In this document: positions 25,161 to 34,486 of the stretch, in pieces
Position numbering within the stretch: the first letter of the stretch is position 1
Layout: each line of letters begins with the position of its first letter
DNA from: Verrucomicrobiota bacterium
Lineage (GTDB): Bacteria > Verrucomicrobiota > Verrucomicrobiia > Verrucomicrobiales > DEV007
Assembly (NCBI GenBank): GCA_963205275.1
Contig: CAUJIH010000068.1
Coordinates: forward strand, 3,466 to 67,465
Direction: 5' to 3'
DNA: 64,000 bases
Notes under the pieces: model-generated
Database searches by the model: none
Told to the model about the DNA's origin: nothing
What the model saw: the letters and a program-made list of their open reading frames with translations, nothing else
Position numbers and translations under genes: made by a program

Positions 25161-25988
25161 TTATTGAACGGGAGTGACAGGTTTTTCCGGAGTCGAAACA
25201 GCAGCCTTCGCTGGCGCTGGTGCCGCCGGTTTCGCGGCAGCAGGGGCGGGCGCTGGAGTTGCTGGCGCTGACGCCTTCTCGACAGCCTTCGCTGGTGCTG
25301 CCGGTTTCGCGGCAGCAGGGGCGGGCGCTGGAGTTGCTGGCGCTGGCACCTTCTCGACAGCCTTCGCTGGTGCTGCCGGTTTCGCGGCAGCGGGAGCGGG
25401 CGCTGGAGTTGCTGGCGTTGATGCCTTCTCGACAGGCTTCGCTGGCGCTGGTGCCGCCGGTTTCGCGGCAGCAGGGGCGGGCGCTGGAGTTGCTGGCGCT
25501 GATGCCTTCTCGACAGCCTTCGCTGGTGCTGGCGCTGGTGCCGCTGGCTTCGTGGCAGCAGGAGCGGGCGCTGGAGTTGCTGGCGCTGATGCCTTCTCGA
25601 CAGCCTTCGCTGGTGCTGGCGCTGGTGCTGCCGGTTTCGCGACAGCAGGAGCGGGCGCAGCGGATTGCTTCAGAAACGTGGGAGAACCAGGGACAATGAT
25701 CTCACTCGGCCCGGCATTCCCAGCCTTCTGTGGCATCTCACGAATCGCCGCATCCAATTTTAGAGGATCTAGGACTTTCGCTTGTTCCTCCTGCGTTTCC
25801 TTCAGATTCTCTTGGCGTAGCTTGATTTCATCTATCGTGAACTCTCCGCGAAACGCCCGGCTTTGAGGCGTCTTCGAATCGAGACTACCCGAGATGATGA
25901 GGGCGAAGAAGCCGAAAGCGAAAAAAATCGCCAAGGCCCAGAGGATTGATCGGGTATTCGCGCAGCAGTTGTCGCCGGAGTCGTTCAT
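25161..25988 (-). CDS. membrane-anchored protein with Pro/Ala-rich tandem repeats
   Basis: N-terminal TM (ILWALAIFFAFGFFALIISGSL), a short charged helical region, then 5 copies of KPAAPAPA(PA)KAVEKASAPATPAPAPAA(A/T). It sits between actF and the ccoN-like gene with 37- and 24-bp spacers. Confidence 0.6.
   Translation of the reverse strand: MNDSGDNCCANTRSILWALAIFFAFGFFALIISGSLDSKTPQSRAFRGEFTIDEIKLRQENLKETQEEQAKVLDPLKLDAAIREMPQKAGNAGPSEIIVPGSPTFLKQSAAPAPAVAKPAAPAPAPAKAVEKASAPATPAPAPAATKPAAPAPAPAKAVEKASAPATPAPAPAAAKPAAPAPAKPVEKASTPATPAPAPAAAKPAAPAKAVEKVPAPATPAPAPAAAKPAAPAKAVEKASAPATPAPAPAAAKPAAPAPAKAAVSTPEKPVTPVQ
25200..25660. repeat. imperfect in-frame tandem repeat, 5 units with period 75/75/81/87 bp
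   Basis: The core ccttctcgaca(g)(c/g)cttcgctgg recurs with starts at 25274, 25349, 25424, 25505 and 25592. Confidence 0.85.
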
Positions 25989-26025
25989 AAATACTTAAAG
26001 ATAGATAAATCTCGGGGAGTCAGCC

Positions 26026-27540
26026 TCAGTTCACCAGATTCAAGGACTCATCAAGTCTCGGATCACGACAGGGATACAGACTGGCAGATCTCAACATTCG
26101 AAGCAAGAAATATCCAAAGATCCCTGCAACACTTACGAACGCGAGCACATCGTATACCCATGCACCGGGAATCAGCATCTGCACCTTTTCAGCATGAGCT
26201 GTGAGCGACGGGCCACGATCTGGCATGATAATCCAATACACATCGAGCACATGCATCAGTAGGCACCATACTGAGATTCCGAAGAGAATTCTAGGCTTCT
26301 TCTTCCATCCTTGAATGAGCAGGGCAGTAAACGGCACAAAAAAGTGGCCAATCACGATGAAAGCGATCGTATATGTATTCCAAAACTCAGTATTTCGCGT
26401 TATGAAGAACTTTGTTTCCTCTGTGATATGAGCATACCAGATCAGAAAGTACTGCGAGAAGGCGATGTAGGCCCAAAATATGACAAAAGCAAGCAGAAGC
26501 TTCCCCATGATATGGTAGTGCTCCATCGTCACCACCTTTCGCAGATACCCGGCTCGTCGCAACAGTGTCAGTAAAATAATCAAGAAGGCCATAGAGCCGA
26601 ACGCCGCACCAGAGAATAGATACACGCCCCACATCGTAGAAAACCACGCATAGTCAAGTCCCATCAGCCAATCAAATACCAAGAACGTCCAAGCAGTCGC
26701 GAATGGGAGCAGCAGCCCACAACTCCACCGCCGCATCCAGCGGAACCATCGCGGATCGCCATCCTTATCGAGCTTTACAGACCAACTCCGAAGCACAGCC
26801 GCAATCCCGCCGAGCACGACCAGATAGAAAAGTTGGCGAATCCACCAAAAGCTCTCATTCAAGTAACCGCGCTTTTTGTATAAGAGCGCCTCACTATGGA
26901 GAAAGTGCTTATCCGTAAGAGTCGAAATCGCCCCTTCGTCAGAGAGATCCTCCGCCTCCAGAGCAGATGCCTTCTTTTCGAGGGAGGTAATCTCCCTTTC
27001 CATATAGAAGCGATGGCCGGGACTTGGGGAAGAAAGTTCGGCGAGATCCTTTTTTGCCTGAGCGACTTCTTGCTTCGCTTTGTCGATGCCAGCCTTTCTC
27101 TCAGCGACATATTCCGCCTGCTCCTTCACGGCCTCTTCATGGGAGTGGCTAAGCGTCGCTGCGCGGAGCGGAAACCACTCCCAAAGTGCATCGCGGAACC
27201 CGACCGAAGAGATCAGTAGAGGAAGAGCCACGACGAACAACACGGGAATCAGGATCGCTAAATTCTCCATGAGGCGACGGACGACCGTCCCCCATCCCGA
27301 ATTCGTGGCATGATGAAGCATAGTCCAGAACAGTCCGCCCACTGCGAGCGAGAGGAAAAAGACAACGGCAAACAGCCAACTATAGCTCATCGCCCCCGTA
27401 TTCGCAGGGGTCGCATAGCGAAGGACGAAGAATAAAATCGTCCCTCCAGCGCCAAGTCCTAGGCAAAGCTTCTGAAGCAGCGAGGCCCCTTTGAAACGCT
27501 CTCCGTCCCGAAAATCGTCTCCGTTTTTAATACCGGCCAT
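26026..27540 (-). CDS. actF: Alternative Complex III subunit ActF (polytopic membrane subunit)
   Basis: 504 aa, ~10 TM, with a charged helical insert. The call rests mainly on its position after actE in an actABCDE series and its membrane character. Confidence 0.7.
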   Translation of the reverse strand: MAGIKNGDDFRDGERFKGASLLQKLCLGLGAGGTILFFVLRYATPANTGAMSYSWLFAVVFFLSLAVGGLFWTMLHHATNSGWGTVVRRLMENLAILIPVLFVVALPLLISSVGFRDALWEWFPLRAATLSHSHEEAVKEQAEYVAERKAGIDKAKQEVAQAKKDLAELSSPSPGHRFYMEREITSLEKKASALEAEDLSDEGAISTLTDKHFLHSEALLYKKRGYLNESFWWIRQLFYLVVLGGIAAVLRSWSVKLDKDGDPRWFRWMRRWSCGLLLPFATAWTFLVFDWLMGLDYAWFSTMWGVYLFSGAAFGSMAFLIILLTLLRRAGYLRKVVTMEHYHIMGKLLLAFVIFWAYIAFSQYFLIWYAHITEETKFFITRNTEFWNTYTIAFIVIGHFFVPFTALLIQGWKKKPRILFGISVWCLLMHVLDVYWIIMPDRGPSLTAHAEKVQMLIPGAWVYDVLAFVSVAGIFGYFLLRMLRSASLYPCRDPRLDESLNLVN

Positions 27541-27573
27541 ATATCTGGATACAGTTAAGTCTATGAAGAAAAG

Positions 27574-28191
27574 TTATTTCCCTGATGCATTTTGCAGGGC
27601 ACGAAGATAGGCAATGATCGCCCACCGATCCTTGACAGCAAGGATGCCATTATAAGGTCCCATGAGTCCCTGACCGTGTGTGATCGTTGAAAAGATTTGG
27701 CCTTCTGGCATCTTTTTCACTCGTGCGTCTAGCAGATTGGCCGTAGGAGGCAAGAGCCAGTACTTGGAGACGGCTCCGTGGCCATTTCCCGAGGTCCCAT
27801 GACATGGACTGCAAGTGATCGCGAAACGCTGTTTCCCACGCTCAAGAAAGGCTCCATCCACCTTGACTTCTTCAGGAAAACCCTTTCCAAAGTAGTCGCC
27901 GAAACGTCCTGTATCGTAGTAGCTATCGCCTCGTGAAAAGTCCAAGGGCGTAGTCGGTGCCGATTTTCCGGTAGGGAATTCAAGCCCCAGCGGGACCGTT
28001 CCCTCGACCGGCTTACGTGCGCCCTGCCCGTTTTCAAAAAATTCACTCGGCTTCTGTGGCTTCACGATCTGCTGATTGTCCATATCCGGAAACAGCATGA
28101 AAGGCGGAGACGAGAACTTCGTACCACGCGGTCCCAGAGCCAAGGCAATGGCAGACGAGGCGATCGCTAAGATAAGAAAAAACCAACGCAT
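27574..28191 (-). CDS. actE: Alternative Complex III monoheme cytochrome c subunit ActE
   Basis: Signal/anchor sequence, then CSPCHG ... ITHGQGLMGPY (Met ligand region). Confidence 0.8.
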   Translation of the reverse strand: MRWFFLILAIASSAIALALGPRGTKFSSPPFMLFPDMDNQQIVKPQKPSEFFENGQGARKPVEGTVPLGLEFPTGKSAPTTPLDFSRGDSYYDTGRFGDYFGKGFPEEVKVDGAFLERGKQRFAITCSPCHGTSGNGHGAVSKYWLLPPTANLLDARVKKMPEGQIFSTITHGQGLMGPYNGILAVKDRWAIIAYLRALQNASGK

Positions 28192-28206
28192 GGGTCAGAG
28201 ATAGGT

Positions 28207-28764
28207 TCAGTAATTGATTTCCTCGATTCGAGCAGCTCCCACTTCTGAGAGAAATTCCCGAGTTTTCTCGTGATGAAACTTCGGATCACGGGCCTCGATG
28301 TGAAGCAGAAAGGCGTCGTTCGAGAATTTGCTAAACAGAGGTGAGTTAAAGAGAGGATGGTTCCAGCGCGGAAGCATGATGATGGTGAATAGTCCGAGCA
28401 CGGTCGCAAAGGCTGCGAATAGAATCGTCAACTCGAATGTGACAGGGAAAAACGCTGGAATGGTAAACAGGTTGGTCGGCTTATCCTGCACTACCGTAGG
28501 ATAGAGTGATACCTGAGTGAAAAATTGTAGCCCCAATGCAGTCAATGAACCGCAAACGCCTCCCACGAGAACAAGCACCGACAACCAGCTCTTTCCAAGT
28601 CCCATGGCATGATCCATGCCATGAACCGGAAAAGGGGTATGTACATCCCAGCGTCGGAACTTTTTGTCTCGAACCTTTTCTGCCGCATGATAGAGCGCAG
28701 TGGCGTCCTCGAATTGAGCCAAGTAGCCGAAGAGCTCCTTCTTTGAATGATCTGACGTGCTCAC
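28207..28764 (-). CDS. actD: Alternative Complex III subunit ActD (DUF3341)
   Basis: YLAQFEDATALYHAAEKVRDKKFRRWDVHTPFPVHGMDHAMG, then two TM helices. This is the typical ActD layout. Confidence 0.8.
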   Translation of the reverse strand: MSTSDHSKKELFGYLAQFEDATALYHAAEKVRDKKFRRWDVHTPFPVHGMDHAMGLGKSWLSVLVLVGGVCGSLTALGLQFFTQVSLYPTVVQDKPTNLFTIPAFFPVTFELTILFAAFATVLGLFTIIMLPRWNHPLFNSPLFSKFSNDAFLLHIEARDPKFHHEKTREFLSEVGAARIEEINY

Positions 28765-28791
28765 AGTATTTTCGTGGAAAAGATTTTGGAA

Positions 28792-30237
28792 TTATTTTTC
28801 ACCGCGACGTCCGAGTCGCAGACGCTTCCATGCTGGGTAGTGGGGATCCGACTCCGGAAGAACGCCCTTCACTTCACTAATAGCGATTACAGGGAGGAAG
28901 CGCAGGAAGAGAAGGAAGAGCATGAGGAAGAGACCGAAACTTCCAACAAAAAGCGTTTTCTCCACCCAAGAGGCGGAGTAGTAACCCCATTGGCCCGGCA
29001 GAAAGTCGCGGGCAAGTGATGTGGGAATGATTACGAAGCGCTCGAACCACATCCCGGCGTTCACGAAGTTGGCTATGATGAAGACGACCCACAGATTGTG
29101 TCGTGCCCATTTGAACCAGAAGATCTGAGGAGAGATCACGTTGCAGAAGAACATGCAGTAGTAAGCCCAAGTGTAGGGTCCGGAAAGAATCCGCATGTGG
29201 AAGGCATCAGTTTCGTAAGCATTTCCCGCGTAGTAGCTGATGAACAGCTCCATAATGTAGGCGTATCCCACGATCGTTCCCGTCAAGAGAATGATCTTCG
29301 CCATGTTATCAATGTGCTTATGGGTGAACAGATCCTCCAATCCGTAGAGCTTACGAATCGGAAGCATCAGCGTGAGCACCATTGCGAAGCCGCCGAAAAT
29401 GGCACCCGCAACGAAGTAGGGCGGAAATATCGTAGTATGCCAGCCAGGAATCACCGAAGTCGCGAAGTCGAATGACACGACGGTATGCACGGAGAGCACC
29501 AGCGGCGTCGCCAGTGCGGCGAGCAGAAGATACGCCATCTCGTAGTGACGCCACTGGCGGTTTCCGCCGCGCCAGCCGAGGGCGAAGAATCCGTAAATCC
29601 GCTTGCGCAGCAGAGATTTCGCTCGATCACGCAACGAGGCGAGGTCAGGAATCAGTCCGACATACCAGAAGATCAGCGATACCGTAAAGTAGGTCGATAC
29701 CGCGAACACATCCCAGAGAAGCGGACTCTTGAAATTCTGCCAAATTCCGTTCGAGTTAGGAATCGGAGCTAGGAACCACACCATCCAAAAACGACCGACG
29801 TGAAATCCGGGAAAAATTCCGGCACAGATCACAGCGAAAATCGTCATCGCCTCGGCGGCTCGATTCACCGAAGTCCTCCACTTCTGGCGCGTCAGGAAGA
29901 GAATGGCTGAAATCAGCGTCCCGGCATGACCGATACCGATCCAGAACACGAAGTTCACGATGTCCCAACCCCATGCTACCGGATGATTCATCCCCCACAC
30001 ACCTACCCCCGTCGAGACGAGGTAGAAGAGACTGAAAACCAGCGCAAGGAATCCCGCAACGGACGGAACGAACAGAATCCACCAAATCAAGGGTTGTCTG
30101 TTTTCGACAATTCCACAAATCCGATCGGTAATCCAGCCCAAGGAGCGCTGATTGAGCACGAGTGGTTCACGTGCAACGCCCTCCGCTTCTGAGGGATGCA
30201 CTGCTGTTAATAAATTCGCTTGAGTTGTGTCTGCCAT
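28792..30237 (-). CDS. actC: Alternative Complex III quinol-interacting NrfD/PsrC-like membrane subunit ActC
   Basis: 481 aa, 10 TM. NrfD-family pattern: [32 protein letters not shown]. Confidence 0.9.
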   Translation of the reverse strand: MADTTQANLLTAVHPSEAEGVAREPLVLNQRSLGWITDRICGIVENRQPLIWWILFVPSVAGFLALVFSLFYLVSTGVGVWGMNHPVAWGWDIVNFVFWIGIGHAGTLISAILFLTRQKWRTSVNRAAEAMTIFAVICAGIFPGFHVGRFWMVWFLAPIPNSNGIWQNFKSPLLWDVFAVSTYFTVSLIFWYVGLIPDLASLRDRAKSLLRKRIYGFFALGWRGGNRQWRHYEMAYLLLAALATPLVLSVHTVVSFDFATSVIPGWHTTIFPPYFVAGAIFGGFAMVLTLMLPIRKLYGLEDLFTHKHIDNMAKIILLTGTIVGYAYIMELFISYYAGNAYETDAFHMRILSGPYTWAYYCMFFCNVISPQIFWFKWARHNLWVVFIIANFVNAGMWFERFVIIPTSLARDFLPGQWGYYSASWVEKTLFVGSFGLFLMLFLLFLRFLPVIAISEVKGVLPESDPHYPAWKRLRLGRRGEK

Positions 30238-30255
30238 ATTCGGTAGAAGCTCGGA

Positions 30256-33200
30256 TCAATGCATCTTGGATGTTACAGTGCCGACCTGATCCGCTCCCGG
30301 CATTTTCGGATTCGGATTTTTGAGTCGTGCGAGATAGCTCGTTCTCGGTCTGGTGCCGAGATATTTCAGAAGATCGTAGTTACGCGGATTGTCTTTCATC
30401 TGATTGACTCGATCCTTGGGATTCTTCAGATTGCCAAATTCGATCGCACCAGCCGGACAGGCGTCCTGACAGGCGACGGTTAATGCACCGATTTTTACCT
30501 GATAGTCATCGGAATCTCTCGCAGCAGCCTTCGCCGCGACCTTCGCAGCCGTTACGCGCTGAACGCAATAGGTACACTTCTCGATCACGCCTCGCATCCG
30601 CACAGTAACGTTCGGATTCTTCTGAAGCTGCTGCGAACTCATCGCGGAGCCAGTCGCAGGTGCAAGCGGGCCAAAATGAAGACCTCCCGCCTCGACACCC
30701 CAGACCGTTATCTTCTCCAGAGGACGCTTATTGTAATCATAGTAGTTAAATCGGCGAGCCTTGTAAGGACAGTTGTTCGCACAGTAGCGGGTTCCGATAC
30801 AACGATTGTAGGTCATCGCATTCAGACCATCTCCCGTATGCGTCGTCGCGTTGACAGGACAAACCGTTTCACAAGGAGCACTCTCACACTGCTGGCACGC
30901 CACCGGCTGCGGAATCATTTCGATCATATCGTCATCCACCGGACGACGACCGGGCGTAGTTTTCGTCTTTTCCTTTCCAGCAATATAGTCGAAAACCGTT
31001 CCTAACTGGAAAACAGCCTCACTGTCCTCTGGACTCGTAAAGTACCGGTCCATACGGATCCAGTGCATCTCACGTCCATTGATGACCTGCTCCTTCCCGA
31101 CGATAGGAATGTTATTCTCCGCTTGGCAGGCGATTACACAGGCATTGCAACCGATGCACGTATTCAGATCAATCGTCATCGCCCACTGATGCTTGGGGTC
31201 GATTCGATACTCATGCCCCTTCATCGGTCCGACGAAGGGACTCTCCGCCATCTTGCCGGTCATGTAATCAGCACCGACATACAGCTTCTCATTTTCAGGA
31301 ATATGGGCGTCCATTCCCTGATGCTGAGCGAAATCAGGATTCGCCTCGGCCATCTCCACCGTTCCCTCACGGGCGATGGCACGACCCTCCATGCTGTAGT
31401 GTTCCGCCGTTAGAGCCAAAGGATGCTTTTTACCCAGTTTCCCCACCTTCACTCCACTCACCACATAGGGTTGAGCGCTCGTTCGAAGAGGGTAGGCATT
31501 AAATCCAACGCCCTGACTGACCGTTTCCGTCGCTAGATCGCCATAATATCCCAAAGATAAGCTGATCGAAAAATCAGCCTGGCCCGGGGCACGGAGAACG
31601 GGAGCCTGAATGGAACGATCTCCGGAAGATAGCTCGATCAAATCGCCATCCTCCAACTGCAACTCCGCAGCCGTAGCAAAACTGACCAAGGCTGCATTAT
31701 CCCAAGTTAACTTGGTGATTGGATCCGGAGCTTCCTGCATCCACCCATTATTAGCAAATCGACCGTCGTAGAGCGAATTACTAGCCGTCAATACGACCTC
31801 GACTCCTTCCGGATGCGGAAAATCAGGAATCACCACTCTTGACAGTGCATCCTTTTGCGCAGCGAGATCGCCACTAAAACTACCCGCAGGCAACTGAACA
31901 CCCGCTGCATATCCATCACGCAGAGCCACATTCCAATCCTTTCCCCCAAGCTTGGCGAAAGTTGCCTTCACTCGCTCCTGCACCACAGCACCCGAAGAAT
32001 CCTCCTGAATCAGAGAAAGCAAAAGAGACTCAACAGACACCCCACCCCACAGTGGAGCGATCATCGGCTGCTGAACAGAGTAGACTCCAGAGAGACTGAA
32101 ATGATCCCCCCAACTCTCCAAATAGTGTGCACCCGGAACATGCCAAGTAGAAATCTTCGCAGTCTCATTAAGGCGCGTTCCTACATGCACCAAATTTTTC
32201 ACCTTGCCCAACTTCGCCTTGATATCGAGATCAGAAGGCGCATCGAAGGCCACATCCCCTTCATTCAGCACGAAAAGCGTTTCGAGATCACCTTTTTCAG
32301 TAGCCTTAGCCAAATCATCCAAACTCTCCGTCTTCTCCAAGCCGTGATTCACGAGCGAGATAATTTCTCCGTAGGCTCCGAGAGCCTTATTTGCCGCCGC
32401 CACCAGAATATGAAGCTCCGCTCCGTATCTCGGGCCAGCAAGGATCACTGCCTTACCCTTGGAAGCAGCCAAGTCTGCCGCACATTCACGAATCCAATCC
32501 TGTTTGTACACCGCAGGAACAATTCTCGGTAAAATTGAATCCGCTAGGGTCGCAAGCGTCGCATCTCCCAGCAGCTTACCCAATTCCTTTGCCACAAGGG
32601 CAGCAACCGGTAAAACCTGAGAAGCGGCGACGCGATAGCGATGATCCGCCATGCCGCCCGTCTCTGTAAAGGCGTGCTCCACTGCATAGAAACGCCCCAT
32701 TCCACCTTTACGACCCTCTTCCCGAGTGGAAGAAAACTCACGGATCGAATCTTCACCCACAGGCTCGGCTCCCAAAAAGTCACAACCAAGAGACAAAATA
32801 CGATCCGCCTTGGACAGATCACGAACTGAAATAACACCCGGCCCGTAGAGCGCGTCAGAAGCAGCGCGCTCGCCCACAGAACTCAGAGCTTCGTAGGTGA
32901 AAATGCGTATACCCGGCAAGGCCTTGGCCACATCCTTTAACAAGGTCTGCCTAGTCGGCGAGGTCGTCGGCGAAAGAAGCACGCCCACCTTCGCTCCAGA
33001 TTTCTTCTCTCGAAACGGTGCGAGAAAGGCAGTTTCAAAATCCTTTACCACAGTCTCCTTCCCACCCTTTCGATAGCCCTTGGAACGATCCTGATCATAC
33101 AAATCCAATACAGAAGCTTGCGTGAATGCCGTCGAGCCACCCCGAACATTCGGATGCAGACGATTCCCGTCCACCTTCGTCGGACGCCCCTCATAAGTCG

Positions 33201-33546
33201 TCACCACTAGAGGATCACACCCCAGACCGCCGAGCTTCGGCTTCGCCGAGGCGTAATAAAGAGCTTTACCCGGAATCACCCATTCCACATGCTCATTGTA
33301 CGGAATCAACTTTTCGAGAGGACGACTACACGCCACACCAAAACCCGCCAAGGCCGTAGAAGCCCCCATCAGCTTCAAAAAATTCCGCCGCGAGGCATCA
33401 TCCATCAGCAGTTCATTCGAACCCTGCGGAAACTCACGATCCAGCCATTTCTTGAAATCCGGAGAATCCTCCAGCTCACCCAAACTCCGCCAATGGATTC
33501 GAGAACTTTTTGACTCTTCGGTCGGATGTATCCACTTACGCTTCAT
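30256..33546 (-). CDS. actB: Alternative Complex III ActB (molybdopterin-oxidoreductase-like domain fused to 4Fe-4S cluster domain)
   Basis: Tat-like SRRNFLKLMGASTALAGFG. A large MopB-like N-terminal half. The C-terminal half carries ferredoxin Cys clusters: CIGCNACVIACQAEN, CQQCESAPCETVCP, CIGTRYCANNCPY, CTYC...C..AC. Confidence 0.9.
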   Translation of the reverse strand: MKRKWIHPTEESKSSRIHWRSLGELEDSPDFKKWLDREFPQGSNELLMDDASRRNFLKLMGASTALAGFGVACSRPLEKLIPYNEHVEWVIPGKALYYASAKPKLGGLGCDPLVVTTYEGRPTKVDGNRLHPNVRGGSTAFTQASVLDLYDQDRSKGYRKGGKETVVKDFETAFLAPFREKKSGAKVGVLLSPTTSPTRQTLLKDVAKALPGIRIFTYEALSSVGERAASDALYGPGVISVRDLSKADRILSLGCDFLGAEPVGEDSIREFSSTREEGRKGGMGRFYAVEHAFTETGGMADHRYRVAASQVLPVAALVAKELGKLLGDATLATLADSILPRIVPAVYKQDWIRECAADLAASKGKAVILAGPRYGAELHILVAAANKALGAYGEIISLVNHGLEKTESLDDLAKATEKGDLETLFVLNEGDVAFDAPSDLDIKAKLGKVKNLVHVGTRLNETAKISTWHVPGAHYLESWGDHFSLSGVYSVQQPMIAPLWGGVSVESLLLSLIQEDSSGAVVQERVKATFAKLGGKDWNVALRDGYAAGVQLPAGSFSGDLAAQKDALSRVVIPDFPHPEGVEVVLTASNSLYDGRFANNGWMQEAPDPITKLTWDNAALVSFATAAELQLEDGDLIELSSGDRSIQAPVLRAPGQADFSISLSLGYYGDLATETVSQGVGFNAYPLRTSAQPYVVSGVKVGKLGKKHPLALTAEHYSMEGRAIAREGTVEMAEANPDFAQHQGMDAHIPENEKLYVGADYMTGKMAESPFVGPMKGHEYRIDPKHQWAMTIDLNTCIGCNACVIACQAENNIPIVGKEQVINGREMHWIRMDRYFTSPEDSEAVFQLGTVFDYIAGKEKTKTTPGRRPVDDDMIEMIPQPVACQQCESAPCETVCPVNATTHTGDGLNAMTYNRCIGTRYCANNCPYKARRFNYYDYNKRPLEKITVWGVEAGGLHFGPLAPATGSAMSSQQLQKNPNVTVRMRGVIEKCTYCVQRVTAAKVAAKAAARDSDDYQVKIGALTVACQDACPAGAIEFGNLKNPKDRVNQMKDNPRNYDLLKYLGTRPRTSYLARLKNPNPKMPGADQVGTVTSKMH

Positions 33547-33597
33547 TTTTTCTGCTGCTACCTTTCGCGGTTACGGGGATAATGAGAGGAATAGGAA

Positions 33598-34380
33598 TCA
33601 ATAATGGCAAGACGCACAATCCTGAGGAGGATGCACTGACCACGCCTTCTGCAGATGCGCACCAATCAGCTCACGATCCCACTTTTTGCCCTCATCCGCC
33701 TTCTCTAACTTACTCACAGAAGTCTCCATCTTCTCCGCGAGATAGGCATAAAATGCTTTGGAATCGAGATCCTCCGCTTTCCAAGCGAGGTTCGTTATCT
33801 CATCCAACGGACGCAGCGACTTTCCGGGGTCGCGATGACACTCCAAGCACCAGCTCATGCTCAAGGGCTTTTCATGCACAACGACCGGCATCTGATCCAC
33901 CCGCCCATGACACTCTGCACAGCTCACTCCGCGATTCACATGCGCCTGATGGGTAAAATGCGCGTAGTCAGGCACCTTGTGGACCTGCACCCACTCGATA
34001 GGCTTCCCGGTGTAGCCCTCATAGTTCACATCCATCGCCTGACGGAGAAGCTCCAACTTGGGCGAATCCGCCTTCGCCTTACCCGGCCCATGACAATTCC
34101 AACAGACCTGAGCCGCTGGCAGATTCGAGTGAGGGGAATTTTCCACTTGGCTGTGACAATAACGACAATCCATCCCGAGCTGCCCCGCGTGAAGACTGTG
34201 ATCGAACGGGATCGGCTGTTCCGGCATATATCCGACCCGAGTATGTTTCGGAGTCCAGGAATACCACGCCACAGCAACGACACAAGTTCCCAGCGCCATC
34301 AGGCCCACGAGAATCTTGATCGCCAACAGGTTTGTCCAACGGGGGAAAATATTGCCCATAACGCACGCGAGAGTCCTCAC
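33598..34380 (-). CDS. actA: Alternative Complex III pentaheme cytochrome c subunit ActA
   Basis: N-terminal TM anchor and five CxxCH motifs: CRYCH, CWNCH, CAECH, CLECH, CASCH. Confidence 0.9.
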   Translation of the reverse strand: MRTLACVMGNIFPRWTNLLAIKILVGLMALGTCVVAVAWYSWTPKHTRVGYMPEQPIPFDHSLHAGQLGMDCRYCHSQVENSPHSNLPAAQVCWNCHGPGKAKADSPKLELLRQAMDVNYEGYTGKPIEWVQVHKVPDYAHFTHQAHVNRGVSCAECHGRVDQMPVVVHEKPLSMSWCLECHRDPGKSLRPLDEITNLAWKAEDLDSKAFYAYLAEKMETSVSKLEKADEGKKWDRELIGAHLQKAWSVHPPQDCASCHY

Positions 34381-34385
34381 TTAAT

Positions 34386-34409
34386 CGCTTGTGAAAAATT
34401 TCACAAGCG
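34386..34409. promoter_or_regulatory. perfect 11+11 bp palindrome containing TGTGA-N6-TCACA (CRP/FNR-family-like operator, or carB terminator stem)
   Basis: cgcttgtgaaa-aa-tttcacaagcg read directly in the 106-bp carB/actA spacer, just upstream of the actA ORF. Confidence 0.4.
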
Positions 34410-34486
34410 AATTTTGTAAGGATTTTTCAGGAAGTTTGCCAAGCCCAAAAAGTAACGACTACTATTCGTCCGCTTGATACAGAGCA

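Noticed and set aside
25200-25660. Tandem repeat considered as a CRISPR array.
   Set aside because: There are no unique spacers between the units. The period (75-87 bp) is one continuous in-frame coding repeat, and no cas genes are present in the window.
25174-25866. 230-aa plus-strand Gly/Ala-rich ORF, and the 159-aa ORF at 25220-25699.
   Set aside because: These are mirror frames of the Pro/Ala tandem repeat. The minus-strand frame has a TM anchor, fits the operon spacing and is continuous with non-repetitive N-terminal sequence.
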